NCBI GenBank assembly: GCA_964558395.1
Contig: CAZLDS010000007.1
Span: forward strand, 6,099 to 70,098
DNA: 64,000 bases
Origin: an uncultured bacterium
Lineage (GTDB): Bacteria; Methylomirabilota; Methylomirabilia; Methylomirabilales; CSP1-5
Reading direction: 5' to 3'
A model generated the notes under the pieces. That model did not search any database. It saw nothing but the letters and a program-made list of their open reading frames with translations, and was not told the origin of the DNA. Positions 50,654-60,129 of the stretch are shown here, one piece after another (positions within the stretch are counted from its first letter, which is position 1; every line of letters starts with the position of its first letter). Both the position numbers and the translations under genes were made by a program.

Positions 50654-51545
50654 CGGCGATCCGCGGAACAGCAAGGCCGAGACCGTAAAAGGCGTTGGCG
50701 TTTTCAAAGGCGGCCTGCTGGATGTGCTTGAGCGGGACCCCCAGGCGGCGCATGGCCCGGAACGAGGCAGGAAGACCCAAGACATCGTACGAAGTGTAGG
50801 CCACCAGATCGGAGTTCAGAAGAATTCTGTCCGGACCGTGTCGAGCCACCATCTCGGCAACATCCTGTGGTCGGATCTCGCGGATGGCAAGCCCCACACT
50901 GATTCCTGCGTAGGCGTTCGTCTCCTTCAAGACGAATTCCAGGGTCGCCGCATCAGAGTGGTCCACCACCAGCCGATCCTGGGGGAATCCGACGGACTCC
51001 ACGACTCTAAGACCCCGCTCGAGACAGGATCGCCTGATGTCTGGGGGCAGCGCCACTCCTCCAGCAACCATGGCCCGTTTTTTCGGAGAAGGGGTATGGA
51101 GAATAAAGGGCTTGTCGTGGAGCTTCGCTACCTGGAGTTGCCCTTGTAAAACGTCTTCCTGCTCTTCGAGAGACCACGTCATCCCCCAGACCTGAAAAGG
51201 ATCGAGACCCATCTCCCCTACCGCCACCACCGGGGGATTTTGGAAATACTTCGGCATCCTCTCGAGGAGCTTCTCCCAATCGCGAACCCGCGTGGCGTGA
51301 GAGATGCCAATGCTGACGTACAAGCGAAACAGGAGGTCCTGCGGCGCCGTGCCCGCAAGTTGAATTGGCTGCCGCCAAAGGGCTTCAATGTCACTCGGGC
51401 CTGGGACGTCACTGCGCACGGATCGAGACAGATAGGGAGAGCCGGCAGAAATCACCGCGGCTTGCATGCCGCACATCCCTAAGAGCTCCCAATCGTCCCA
51501 GGGAAGGGAGTGCATGTGCGTATGGCTGTCGATATAAGGTATCAT
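50643..51545 (-). CDS. TatD-like metal-dependent hydrolase (amidohydrolase superfamily)
   Basis: N-terminal YIDSHTHMH (HxH metal site) and a later His/Asp pattern (LHTPSP, DHSD). Confidence 0.55.
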   Translation of the reverse strand: MIPYIDSHTHMHSLPWDDWELLGMCGMQAAVISAGSPYLSRSVRSDVPGPSDIEALWRQPIQLAGTAPQDLLFRLYVSIGISHATRVRDWEKLLERMPKYFQNPPVVAVGEMGLDPFQVWGMTWSLEEQEDVLQGQLQVAKLHDKPFILHTPSPKKRAMVAGGVALPPDIRRSCLERGLRVVESVGFPQDRLVVDHSDAATLEFVLKETNAYAGISVGLAIREIRPQDVAEMVARHGPDRILLNSDLVAYTSYDVLGLPASFRAMRRLGVPLKHIQQAAFENANAFYGLGLAVPRIADER

Positions 51546-51610
51546 TTGCCATCCGCCGAAACCGGCGTCCCACGATATGACAAAGCGCCCATGAACGCAA
51601 GGGTGTCAGC

Positions 51611-51648
51611 AAAAAGCCAGGGCATCATGGTCATCATGATGCCCTGGC
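51611..51648 (-). terminator. Rho-independent terminator of the PDH-lipB-TPR operon
   Basis: Perfect 13-bp stem GCCAGGGCAUCAU/AUGAUGCCCUGGC with a 7-nt loop, followed on the minus strand by UUUUU. Confidence 0.85.
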
Positions 51649-51665
51649 TCCACTCAGCGGGAAGC

Positions 51666-51986
51666 CTACGAACCGCGCTGCAGCACTACGGCCTGTGCCA
51701 TCTCCGCCTCGGCCTCAGGGATCATCCCCTTCTTGCGGTAAAAGACCGAGAGGCTGGTATGGTAAAGGGGTTCTTTGGGATTGAGCTCAATTGCCCTCCT
51801 GATCGTGGTGACCGCGTCATCCGTCATTCCCTTTTGATCGTAGGCCTGGGCCAATGCCAGATACGCATCGGCGTAGTTCGCGTCGAGATCGATGGATTTC
51901 TTGAACGCAGCAATGGCCTCGTCGCTCTCCATTTTGGCAAAATGATTGAGCCCCTGATTGAAGTATTCCTCCCGTGTGCTCATCAT
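51666..51986 (-). CDS. TPR-repeat protein
   Basis: 106 aa with three TPR units (AIAAFKKSIDLDANYADAYLALAQAYDQKGM...). Confidence 0.65.
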   Translation of the reverse strand: MMSTREEYFNQGLNHFAKMESDEAIAAFKKSIDLDANYADAYLALAQAYDQKGMTDDAVTTIRRAIELNPKEPLYHTSLSVFYRKKGMIPEAEAEMAQAVVLQRGS

Positions 51987-51995
51987 CCCCTCCAG

Positions 51996-52679
51996 TCATG
52001 GTACGGACAAGACCATCTCCCGATGGTTCCCCCACCTTGGAATGTAATCGAAGATTTGCCCAAACTCGCGGGCTGCAACTTCGGCCACCGGGTGAACTGC
52101 CACTTCTTGTCCCAGGACGGACGCCATGGACGTCATCCGAATGCCGTCCAAGCCGCAGGGAAGGATCAGATCGAATGCGCTGAGATCGGTGTGTACGTTC
52201 AAGGCAAAACCGTGTCGGCTCACCCACCGGCTGACGTGCACCCCGATGGAGGCAATCTTGGCGTCTGCGACCCAGACCCCGGTCTGCCCGTCACGACGCT
52301 CCCCCGGAATCCCGTAGAAACCCAACGTCCGGATCAACGCCTCCTCGAGCTTCCGCAAATACAACCCCAGGTCCTTCCCATGCCGCTCCAGGTCAATAAT
52401 GGGGTAGCCAACGAGCTGACCCGGTCCGTGGAATGTGACATCTCCGCCCCGCTCGATCTCCCAGACCCCAATCCCACGTTCTTTCAGCAGCGGCTCCTCC
52501 ACATACAAATGTTCGCGCGTCGCCCCTCGCCCGAGAGTAATGACCGGAGGATGTTCCCCCAGCAGCAGGGTGTCTTCCACCTCTCCCCGGATCTTTGCTG
52601 ACGCCCGTCGCCGCTGCAGCTCCAGCGTTTCTCCGAAATCTACCCGGCCCAGCCAGTATATTTCACACACCCGCGTCAT
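51996..52679 (-). CDS. lipB: octanoyltransferase (lipoyl(octanoyl) transferase)
   Basis: HPPVITLGR, ERGGDVTFHGPGQLVGYPI and KIASIGVHVSRWVSRHGFALNV are LipB catalytic regions. ATG at 52679. The tracked extension covers the heptamer repeat. Confidence 0.85.
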   Translation of the reverse strand: MTRVCEIYWLGRVDFGETLELQRRRASAKIRGEVEDTLLLGEHPPVITLGRGATREHLYVEEPLLKERGIGVWEIERGGDVTFHGPGQLVGYPIIDLERHGKDLGLYLRKLEEALIRTLGFYGIPGERRDGQTGVWVADAKIASIGVHVSRWVSRHGFALNVHTDLSAFDLILPCGLDGIRMTSMASVLGQEVAVHPVAEVAAREFGQIFDYIPRWGNHREMVLSVP

Positions 52680-52722
52680 TTCCTCTTCCCCCCGACAGGC
52701 TCCGGGAAAAGTCCCTTGGGAT

Positions 52723-52757
52723 AACGGACCCCGGACTTCGGACATCGGACGTCGGAC
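52723..52757. repeat. tandem heptanucleotide repeat x5 (minus strand GTCCGAC GTCCGAT GTCCGAA GTCCGGG GTCCGTT)
   Basis: Plus strand reads AACGGAC CCCGGAC TTCGGAC ATCGGAC GTCGGAC. It begins 5 nt downstream of the lpd stop, between lpd and lipB. Confidence 0.85.
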
Positions 52758-52762
52758 CTTCC

Positions 52763-54160
52763 TCACATATGGATGGCGCGCCCCAGGGCGGCCAGACAGG
52801 CCTCTCCCACCGTCTCCGAAAGGGTCGGATGAGCGTGGATCGAATGATGCACGTCCTCAAGCGTCGCCTCAAGGGTACGTACCATCGTCGCCTCAGCGAT
52901 CATCTCGGTGGCTTCGGGACCGATGATGTGGAGGCCCAGGATCTCGCCATACTCCGCGTCCGCGACCACCTTGACAAACCCTTCGGTGTCTCCCATCGCC
53001 ACGGCCTTCCCGCTTGCCTGGAAGGAGAACCGACCCACCTTCACCTGGCGGCCCTGTTCCTTGGCCTGCTCCTCGGTGAGGCCGACACTGGCCACCTGGG
53101 GAGAGCAGTAGGTACAATTGGGGATCTTCAACGGATCTATTTTTCCGCCTTTAACATCCGCCATCGCCTCGACGGCAACGATGGCCTCGGCCATCGCCTT
53201 GTGGGCAAGGAGTGCGCCACCAATCACATCGCCGATAGCATAGATTCCCGGTGCCGAGGTTTCGAACCGATCATTGACCTTGACAAACCCAGCCCGATCC
53301 AACGTCACCCCGACCTTCTCAAGCCCCAAAGACTCGACGTTGGGAACGCGTCCAATCCCAACAAGCACGACGTCCCCGTTGATATCCTCCGTCGCGCCTT
53401 CCTTCGACACCCGGAGGAAAACCTCCTCTCCTTTCACCGTCACCCCTTCTACCTTTGTTCCGGTCAGAATCTTCATGCCACGCTTCGTAAAGACTCTTTC
53501 CAGAAAGCTCGAGATTTCGGCATCTTCCACGGGTAGCAGGCGGGGGAGCATCTCGATCAAGACAATCTCGCACCCGTAGGCGTAGTAAATATCAGCGAAT
53601 TCCACGCCGACCGCCCCCGCCCCAATAATGAGAAGCCTTCGCGGAACCTGGGAGAGACTAAGGGCTTCGGTACTGGTAATGACCCGCTTGCCGTCCACAG
53701 CAACCCCCGGGATCTCTCGGGGACGGGTCCCGGTCGCCAACATAATGCGTTCGGCCTGTACATCCGTGACCTTCCCGTCCTGGGTCACCCGGATCTGGCC
53801 CTGCCCGGCGAGCTTTCCCTCGCCGGGTACGACCGCCACCTTGTTTTTCTTCATCAGATACTCGACACCCTTGGAGAGTTTGCGCGCCGCTTGCTCGCTG
53901 CGCTTCACCGCCACCGAAAAATCCACGCGCAGATTGTCAAAACTGAAGCCAAACTCTTCACCGCGGCGCAGGAGGGAGACAATTTCCGCATTGCGGAGGA
54001 GGGCCTTCGTGGGAATGCAACCCCAATTGAGACAGACGCCGCCCAGGCGGTCTCGCTCGACAATCGCGACCCGCATCCCGAGCTGAGCGGCCCGGATCGC
54101 ACCGACATAGCCGCCGGGGCCACTCCCGATCACCGCAAGGTCATACTGCTCCGCCATCAC
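52763..54160 (-). CDS. lpdA: dihydrolipoyl dehydrogenase (E3)
   Basis: GSGPGGY FAD motif, redox-active GGVCLNWGCIPTK, and a C-terminal HAHPTLSE. Confidence 0.95.
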   Translation of the reverse strand: MMAEQYDLAVIGSGPGGYVGAIRAAQLGMRVAIVERDRLGGVCLNWGCIPTKALLRNAEIVSLLRRGEEFGFSFDNLRVDFSVAVKRSEQAARKLSKGVEYLMKKNKVAVVPGEGKLAGQGQIRVTQDGKVTDVQAERIMLATGTRPREIPGVAVDGKRVITSTEALSLSQVPRRLLIIGAGAVGVEFADIYYAYGCEIVLIEMLPRLLPVEDAEISSFLERVFTKRGMKILTGTKVEGVTVKGEEVFLRVSKEGATEDINGDVVLVGIGRVPNVESLGLEKVGVTLDRAGFVKVNDRFETSAPGIYAIGDVIGGALLAHKAMAEAIVAVEAMADVKGGKIDPLKIPNCTYCSPQVASVGLTEEQAKEQGRQVKVGRFSFQASGKAVAMGDTEGFVKVVADAEYGEILGLHIIGPEATEMIAEATMVRTLEATLEDVHHSIHAHPTLSETVGEACLAALGRAIHM

Positions 54161-54207
54161 GCCCCCTTTGCTATGACCGATTGGACATCCTTCGAAATGA
54201 CGAACTG

Positions 54208-55440
54208 TTAGCTGACCAGATGGAGGGGTTGCTCGAGGAAGAGCTTGAGGCGCTGGAGGAATCGTGCGGCCACCGCGCCATCCAAAACCCGGTGGTCTGC
54301 GGAAAGGGTCACCTTCATCCGGTCGGCCACCTTCACCTCGCCATCAACCACCACCGGTCGCGGAACGACCGAGCCCACCGCTAGGACAGCCGCCTCAGGT
54401 GGATTAATGACTGCAGCGAACTCTTCGACGTCAAACATGCCCAGATTACTGATGGTAAAGGTACCCGGGGTCAAATCGTCAGGCCGCAGCCGCCCTGTGC
54501 GGGCTCGCTCTACCAGTTCCTTGGCCTCCTGGGCGATCTGGCTGAGGGGTTTCTTGTCGCAGTCGGGAATCACTGGCGTTACCAATCCTTGATCCAACGC
54601 CACGGCAACGCCAATATTGATCCGTTGATACATCCGAAGCTTCCCCTCGGCAAAGGAGGCATTCGCCTCCGGAAACTCTCGCAGGGTCCTGGCGGCCGCC
54701 TTCACCAGCATATCCGTGACCGAGATCTTTCCCCGCTCATCCACGAGAGCGTTCAAGCTCTGCCGAAGCCTCAAGGCCTCGGTCATGTCTAAGTCCGACG
54801 TGACATAAAAGTGTGGCGCCACACGCTTGCTTTCGGCCATGCGCCGGGCGATGGTTTGCCGGATCCGGGACAGCTCCCGGACCTCGTGTGGGATCTCATG
54901 CGTGGCCGCTGAAGGTGCTGCCGCGGGAACCGGCGTAGCTCTCGGAATCTCTGTAGGGCGCTCCTTGAGAAAAGCCTCGACGTCCTCTTTAATAATCCGG
55001 CCCCCCGGTCCCGTTCCCCGAATCAGTGTCAGGTCAACGCCCTGCTGGCGTGCCATTTGGCGGGCAACAGGGGAGGCAGCGACCCGCGGGGCACCCTCTT
55101 CCTTCACACCGACGCCTGTCTCTGCTGGCCTGGCAACCGGTGTGGGTGCCTCTTTCACCGCAGGAGGTGCCTTCTCTTCTAATCCAGTGATGGCCTCATC
55201 CCGGCCCGCAATGATCGCGATGACCTCCCCCACCGGAACGGTCTGCCCCTCACGCACGACGATCTTTCGGAGGACGCCAGAGCCGTAGGCCTCGACCTCG
55301 ACCGTCACCTTGGTGGTCTCAACCTCGGCGATCACGTCGCCGTGCTTGACCTCATCCCCTTCCTGTTTTACCCAGCGGACGATGGTCCCCTCGGTCATGT
55401 CGTAGCCCATCTTGGGCATCACGACTTCGGATACCATCAC
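54208..55440 (-). CDS. pdhC: dihydrolipoamide acetyltransferase (E2), single lipoyl domain
   Basis: Lipoyl site VETTKVTVEV, a subunit-binding domain (ASPVARQMARQQGVDL) and the catalytic DHRVLDG. Confidence 0.9.
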   Translation of the reverse strand: MMVSEVVMPKMGYDMTEGTIVRWVKQEGDEVKHGDVIAEVETTKVTVEVEAYGSGVLRKIVVREGQTVPVGEVIAIIAGRDEAITGLEEKAPPAVKEAPTPVARPAETGVGVKEEGAPRVAASPVARQMARQQGVDLTLIRGTGPGGRIIKEDVEAFLKERPTEIPRATPVPAAAPSAATHEIPHEVRELSRIRQTIARRMAESKRVAPHFYVTSDLDMTEALRLRQSLNALVDERGKISVTDMLVKAAARTLREFPEANASFAEGKLRMYQRINIGVAVALDQGLVTPVIPDCDKKPLSQIAQEAKELVERARTGRLRPDDLTPGTFTISNLGMFDVEEFAAVINPPEAAVLAVGSVVPRPVVVDGEVKVADRMKVTLSADHRVLDGAVAARFLQRLKLFLEQPLHLVS

Positions 55441-55503
55441 TTCCTCCCGCTCACGAGAAGCACCGGTAAAAGTCGTTACACGAGCGACGCGAACGTATGG
55501 CCG

Positions 55504-56490
55504 CTATACGCCGGTTCGCACCATGAGCTGCTTGACCGCCTCCACCACGCGCCGGGCGTCCGGGATCGACGCTTGCTCAAGATGCTTGGCGTACGGCATC
55601 GGGACCTCGACACCGGACACACGCTGAATCGGGGCGTCCAGGTAGTCAAAGGCCTCCTCTTGGATGCGGCTGGCGACCTCTGCCCCGATGCCGTAGGTGC
55701 GCCAGGCCTCCTCAATGGTCACGGCACGATTGGTTTTCTTGACAGAGCTAATGACCGTTCCCATGTCGAGCGGCCGGAGAGTTCTCAAGTCGACCACCTC
55801 AGCTTCAATTCCCTCTTCACTGAGGCGATCCGCCGCCTCGAGTGCCACCAACGTCGCCCGAGAATACGCCACGAGCGTGATATCTTTCCCCTCCCGCTTA
55901 ACCTCGGCCTTGCCGAGAGGAACGAGAAACTCCCCGTCGGGCACCTCACCCCGAACCCGATACAGCAGGGCGTGTTCGATGTACAGCACCGGATCATCAT
56001 TCCGGATGGCACTCTTCAACAGTCCCTTGGCGTCGGCGGGTGTGGCCGGGGTGACCACCTTGAGGCCCGGGACATGGGCAAACATGGCCTCGAGACTTTG
56101 CGAATGGGTCGAGGCGAGCTGCGCTCCCCCGCCGCCCACCATGCGGACCACGAGCGGGACCGACATCTGCCCCCCAAACATGTGAAGGACCTTCGCCGCA
56201 TGATTGATGAGTGCATCGGACGCCAGAAGAGCAAAATTGATCGTCATCAGTTCCGCCACAGGACGGAGCCCCCCCATGGCCGCCCCCACCGCGGTGCCGG
56301 CAATCCCCATTTCAGCGATCGGGGTATCAAACACTCGTTTCTCCCCAAAAGCCTCGAGGAGTCCCGCGGTAACCCCGTAGGCTCCCCCATATGCCACCAC
56401 ATCCTCACCAAAGATCAGGACCCGTTCGTCCCGAGCCATCTCTTCCCGCAGGGCCTGGTGGAGCGCTTCGCGGTACGTGATCATCGGCAT
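55504..56490 (-). CDS. pdhB: pyruvate (2-oxoacid) dehydrogenase E1 beta subunit
   Basis: Transketolase-like pyrimidine-binding and C-terminal domains (FGEDV..YGGAYGVT, FDTPIAE). Confidence 0.9.
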   Translation of the reverse strand: MPMITYREALHQALREEMARDERVLIFGEDVVAYGGAYGVTAGLLEAFGEKRVFDTPIAEMGIAGTAVGAAMGGLRPVAELMTINFALLASDALINHAAKVLHMFGGQMSVPLVVRMVGGGGAQLASTHSQSLEAMFAHVPGLKVVTPATPADAKGLLKSAIRNDDPVLYIEHALLYRVRGEVPDGEFLVPLGKAEVKREGKDITLVAYSRATLVALEAADRLSEEGIEAEVVDLRTLRPLDMGTVISSVKKTNRAVTIEEAWRTYGIGAEVASRIQEEAFDYLDAPIQRVSGVEVPMPYAKHLEQASIPDARRVVEAVKQLMVRTGV

Positions 56491-56508
56491 GCCCGCCCCC
56501 TCCCTCGC

Positions 56509-57483
56509 TCAGGGATTGGCATAAATGTCCTCGTACAGATCACTCAGCGGGGGATCAGGACTCTCTTCAGCAAATCGAACCGCCTCGAACACCATCTCGT
56601 CGGTCTCGCGCTCGATCTGCTCCAACTCCTGCGGCGTCAACAGCCCTTCCTGTTCTAGTTTCTGTCGCAATATCAGGATGGGATCCCGCTTCTTCCACTC
56701 CTCCACCTCCGTTTTATCTCGGTAGAGGACCGGATCGGCCATAGAGTGACCGCGGAACCGGTAGGTGACTACCTCAAGGAAGTAGGGCCCGGCTCCACTT
56801 CGGGCGTGCTCTACCGCCTTGGCCGTCGCCTCTCGCACGGCCAGGACATCCATCCCGTCCACGCGCTCGGCAGGAATGTCATAGGGGCTCGCCTTGCGGT
56901 GCTTCTCCCTCACGGCCGACGCCCGATGGACCGCCGTTCCCATGCCGTACAGATTATTCTCACAGAGGAAAACCACCGGGACGTTCCACAGTTTCGCCAT
57001 GTTCAAGGCCTCGTGGAAGTACCCATTGTTGGTCGCCCCATCGCCGAAGATGCAGAGGATCACCTGTTTCTTCTCCAGATAGTTGCTGGCCAGACCCAGC
57101 CCCACGGCAAGGGGGAGGTGACCGGCCACGATGGCCCAACCCCCATACATCCCCAACGAAGCGTCAAAGAAGTGCATGGAACCCCCGCGACCCTTCGAGC
57201 AGCCGGTCGCCTTGCCCAGTAGCTCGGCCATACAGCGGTTCACATCCATCCCTCTGGCGATCGCATACCCGTGATCGCGATAGTGAGTAATAAGCAGATC
57301 GTGCTCTGCTAACGTGGAAATAGCCCCGACCGCCGACGCCTCCTGACCATTGTACAGATGCAGGAATCCCGCGATCTTGCCGCGGGCGTACAGCTCCGCG
57401 GATTTGTCCTCGAACTTCCGGATCAAGAGCATTTGATGGAGGAAGTGCAGCAGGGTTTTCTTGTCGGGACTCGATTTCGCCAT
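56509..57483 (-). CDS. pdhA: pyruvate (2-oxoacid) dehydrogenase E1 alpha subunit
   Basis: TPP motif GDGATNNGYFHEALNMA...N, and YRFRGHSMADP. ATG at 57483. The tracked N-terminal extension is a translation of the heptamer repeat. Confidence 0.9.
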   Translation of the reverse strand: MAKSSPDKKTLLHFLHQMLLIRKFEDKSAELYARGKIAGFLHLYNGQEASAVGAISTLAEHDLLITHYRDHGYAIARGMDVNRCMAELLGKATGCSKGRGGSMHFFDASLGMYGGWAIVAGHLPLAVGLGLASNYLEKKQVILCIFGDGATNNGYFHEALNMAKLWNVPVVFLCENNLYGMGTAVHRASAVREKHRKASPYDIPAERVDGMDVLAVREATAKAVEHARSGAGPYFLEVVTYRFRGHSMADPVLYRDKTEVEEWKKRDPILILRQKLEQEGLLTPQELEQIERETDEMVFEAVRFAEESPDPPLSDLYEDIYANP

Positions 57484-57523
57484 CTTTATACCGTCTTCCC
57501 CCCCATTCGCATTACTCCTCACG

Positions 57524-57579
57524 GTTAATGGTTCGGAGTTCACTGATGGTTCAGACTTCAAAGTTCACCGATGAACCAG
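57524..57579. repeat. imperfect tandem heptanucleotide repeat (TTCGGAG TTCACTG atgg TTCAGAC TTCAAAG TTCACCG atga)
   Basis: Period-7 TTCANNN units in two blocks, each ending in TTCAC(T/C)GATG(G/A). Intergenic between apgM and pdhA. Confidence 0.65.
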
Positions 57580-57652
57580 AGCGCCTCCGCTCGCAGCTCT
57601 TGGCACTAGCCCTTAGCTCTCGTCTCTCGACCCTGAACTTTCAGCATGTTGA

Positions 57653-58855
57653 TCAGGCCCCAAACTTGACAAGATGCAAGGCATGGGCCAGGGCGATCGG
57701 CAGGATTTCCTTTCCCCGGAGACGTCCCAGACCCCCCTGCAGGCATCCCCGTTCCGAAAACTCCCGGGCTTCATCGGGCCGGCAGCAGCGGGCCGAGAGC
57801 AACAGCGGAACCGGGTGCCAGCTGTGTGTCTTCAGCGCCGCTGGTGTAGAGTGGTCCCCCGTCACCACCAGCACATCCGGCCGCAGCCCCAGCAGCACTG
57901 GAAGCTCGCGGTCCACCTCTTCAATAACGGCCACCTTGGCCGCAAAATTCCCGTCCTCTCCGGCCGTGTCGGTCCCCTTGACGTGCACGTAGAAGAAATC
58001 ATACGCCGACCAATGCTGACGCAGCGTCTCGAACTCCTCCCGCACACTCGGGCCGGTCATCAGGGTTTCCATCCCCGCCAGCTTTCCCAAGCCCCGGTAC
58101 ATGGGGTAGACCGCGATGGCTGCAGCCCGCAGTTGATAGAGCTCTTGATACGTGGGCAGATGGGGATGTTTGGCGAGCCCCCGGAGGAGAATCATGTTGG
58201 CGGGGTGTCTGTCCTTGAGGAGGGACCGGGCCCTTTCGATAAAGGTATTGACCAGCCCTGCCGTTCGCTCGGCCTCAGGGGTCTTTGCCTCGACCTTGAG
58301 CGGCGCCTCGCCCAGCCGCTGAGGGTCCGATTCGGTGAGGTGATGCAAAAGCTCCGCACCCCGGAAGACCACCACCAGCCGGTGTTCTTTCACCGGACGG
58401 ACGAAGACATCGATCCCCTCAACCTGGATGGCGTCCAGCACGTTGCAAAGCTCCGCGCATACCTCAGTCGAGATCCGTCCGGCGCGACGGTCCGTGATCC
58501 TCCCAGCTTCGTCCAGGGTGCAGAAGTTGCCCCGGGCGGCAATGTCGGTATGGGTCAATTCGAAATCGATCCCCAAGGCCTCGAGCACCCCCCGCCCGAT
58601 CTGGTACTTCAGCGGATCATACCCGAACAACGATAGATGCCCGGGCCCACTCCCCGGAGTAATCCCGGGTGCGACCGGATCCACCAGCCCCGTCACACCC
58701 TGGGCCGCCAGGGAATCAAGGTGTGGCGTCCGAGCCGCTTCGAGGGCCGTCGGGCCTCCCGGCTCGACTGGCAGGCCCCCCAAACCATCGAGCACCAGGA
58801 GGACAATCTTCGTCTCCGCCTTGACGACCAACCGCCTTAGGATCTCGAGATCCAC
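57653..58855 (-). CDS. apgM: cofactor-independent phosphoglycerate mutase, archaeal type
   Basis: KIVLLVLDGLGGLP...TPHLDSLA...GSGPGHLSLFGYDP and C-terminal TGDHSTP. GTG at 58855 is preceded by GAGGTGA. The tracked ATG is at 58942. Confidence 0.8.
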   Translation of the reverse strand: MDLEILRRLVVKAETKIVLLVLDGLGGLPVEPGGPTALEAARTPHLDSLAAQGVTGLVDPVAPGITPGSGPGHLSLFGYDPLKYQIGRGVLEALGIDFELTHTDIAARGNFCTLDEAGRITDRRAGRISTEVCAELCNVLDAIQVEGIDVFVRPVKEHRLVVVFRGAELLHHLTESDPQRLGEAPLKVEAKTPEAERTAGLVNTFIERARSLLKDRHPANMILLRGLAKHPHLPTYQELYQLRAAAIAVYPMYRGLGKLAGMETLMTGPSVREEFETLRQHWSAYDFFYVHVKGTDTAGEDGNFAAKVAVIEEVDRELPVLLGLRPDVLVVTGDHSTPAALKTHSWHPVPLLLSARCCRPDEAREFSERGCLQGGLGRLRGKEILPIALAHALHLVKFGA

Positions 58856-59006
58856 AAAATCACCTCGTTCATGATTCACAGTTCGGAGAGATTCCCCGCC
58901 AGCCAATCCAGTACCTCGAACAGAGGTTATACACAACCTCAAATCTCGAGCTTCCCCAATTAATCAAGACTGCAGAGGTTAGCCAGGTAGGTGTATTGGA
59001 AAAACC

Positions 59007-59996
59007 TCATGCAAACGAGACGCATCCGGATGTGCCTCCAAGGGATCCTTCTGATCCTCGCTCATGTGGATCTTCCGCAAGGAGGTGGAGTCCGTCTTCG
59101 ATGGCCCGGGCTTGCTTGCCCGCGTGGTACGAACTTCGCACCAGCGGCCCCGACTCAACGTGTTTGAATCCCAGCGCTTCCCCAATCCCTTTGAGCTCGC
59201 GAAACTCATTGGGGTGATAGAAACGGTCTACTGGCAGGTGGTTCATGGTTGGCCGGAGATATTGACCCAGCGTGAGGATGTCGCAGCCAACTCGGACCAA
59301 GTCCCGCATGGCAGCCAGCAGCTCTTCCCACTCTTCGCCCAAGCCGAGCATCAGCCCCGACTTGGTTAGTACGGTCGCGTCGAAGCGCTTTGCCCGCTCC
59401 AAAAGCTCCAGGGACCGCTCAAATTTTGCTCCCGGCCGTGCCTCCCGGTACAGGCGAGGGATCGTTTCGGTGTTGTGATTCAAGATGTCCGGCTTCGCCG
59501 CCAGGACCAGTTCCAGCGCCCCCCAGTTTCCCTTGAAATCCGGGATCAACACTTCCACGGTGCAGTCAGGGAACGTCTGACGAATCTCACGAATCGTATC
59601 CGCGAAGACCGATGCGCCGCCATCGGCCAGATCGTCCCGGTTGACGGATGTGATCACCGCGTGCTCAAGTCCCAACGCCCGCACGGCACGAGCGACCCGA
59701 TGCGGTTCCTCCCGATCAAGACCGGTCGGCCGACCATGCGTGACTGCGCAGAATCCGCAACGCCTCGTACAAATGTCACCCAGGATGATGAAGGTGGCGG
59801 TCAGACTTTCAAAGCACTCGCCGATATTCGGGCAGCGGGCCTCCTCGCACACCGTCCGGAGGTTGAGCGTCCGCAGGAGTCCCTTTAGGCGCATGAAATT
59901 CTGGCCGCCAGGGGCTCGAACCTTCAGCCACTCTGGCTTCCGGTGTATTTTCTCTTGACGCGGCCCTACCAGGGGTAAAGTCCTTTGGTTCGCCAT
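59007..59996 (-). CDS. lipA: lipoyl synthase
   Basis: Auxiliary cluster [12 protein letters not shown] and radical SAM site [10 protein letters not shown]. Confidence 0.95.
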   Translation of the reverse strand: MANQRTLPLVGPRQEKIHRKPEWLKVRAPGGQNFMRLKGLLRTLNLRTVCEEARCPNIGECFESLTATFIILGDICTRRCGFCAVTHGRPTGLDREEPHRVARAVRALGLEHAVITSVNRDDLADGGASVFADTIREIRQTFPDCTVEVLIPDFKGNWGALELVLAAKPDILNHNTETIPRLYREARPGAKFERSLELLERAKRFDATVLTKSGLMLGLGEEWEELLAAMRDLVRVGCDILTLGQYLRPTMNHLPVDRFYHPNEFRELKGIGEALGFKHVESGPLVRSSYHAGKQARAIEDGLHLLAEDPHERGSEGSLGGTSGCVSFA

Positions 59997-60129
59997 GATC
60001 TCCTCAGTGAAAATTCCCCGCGTCCTTCAAGTATATACCATGGAAGCTCCTCTTCCAACCCTGTTACTTTATGCAAGGTTCCTTCCACATCTTGACCACC
60101 GCAAGCGGCCGGACTACAATGAAAACGCC

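Noticed and set aside
49949-50785. 278-aa tracked ORF as an intact CDS
   Set aside because: Only residues 45-110 are AzlC-like. The rest is read-through of a decayed azlCD region and overlaps the hydrolase gene. It is reinterpreted as two pseudogene remnants.
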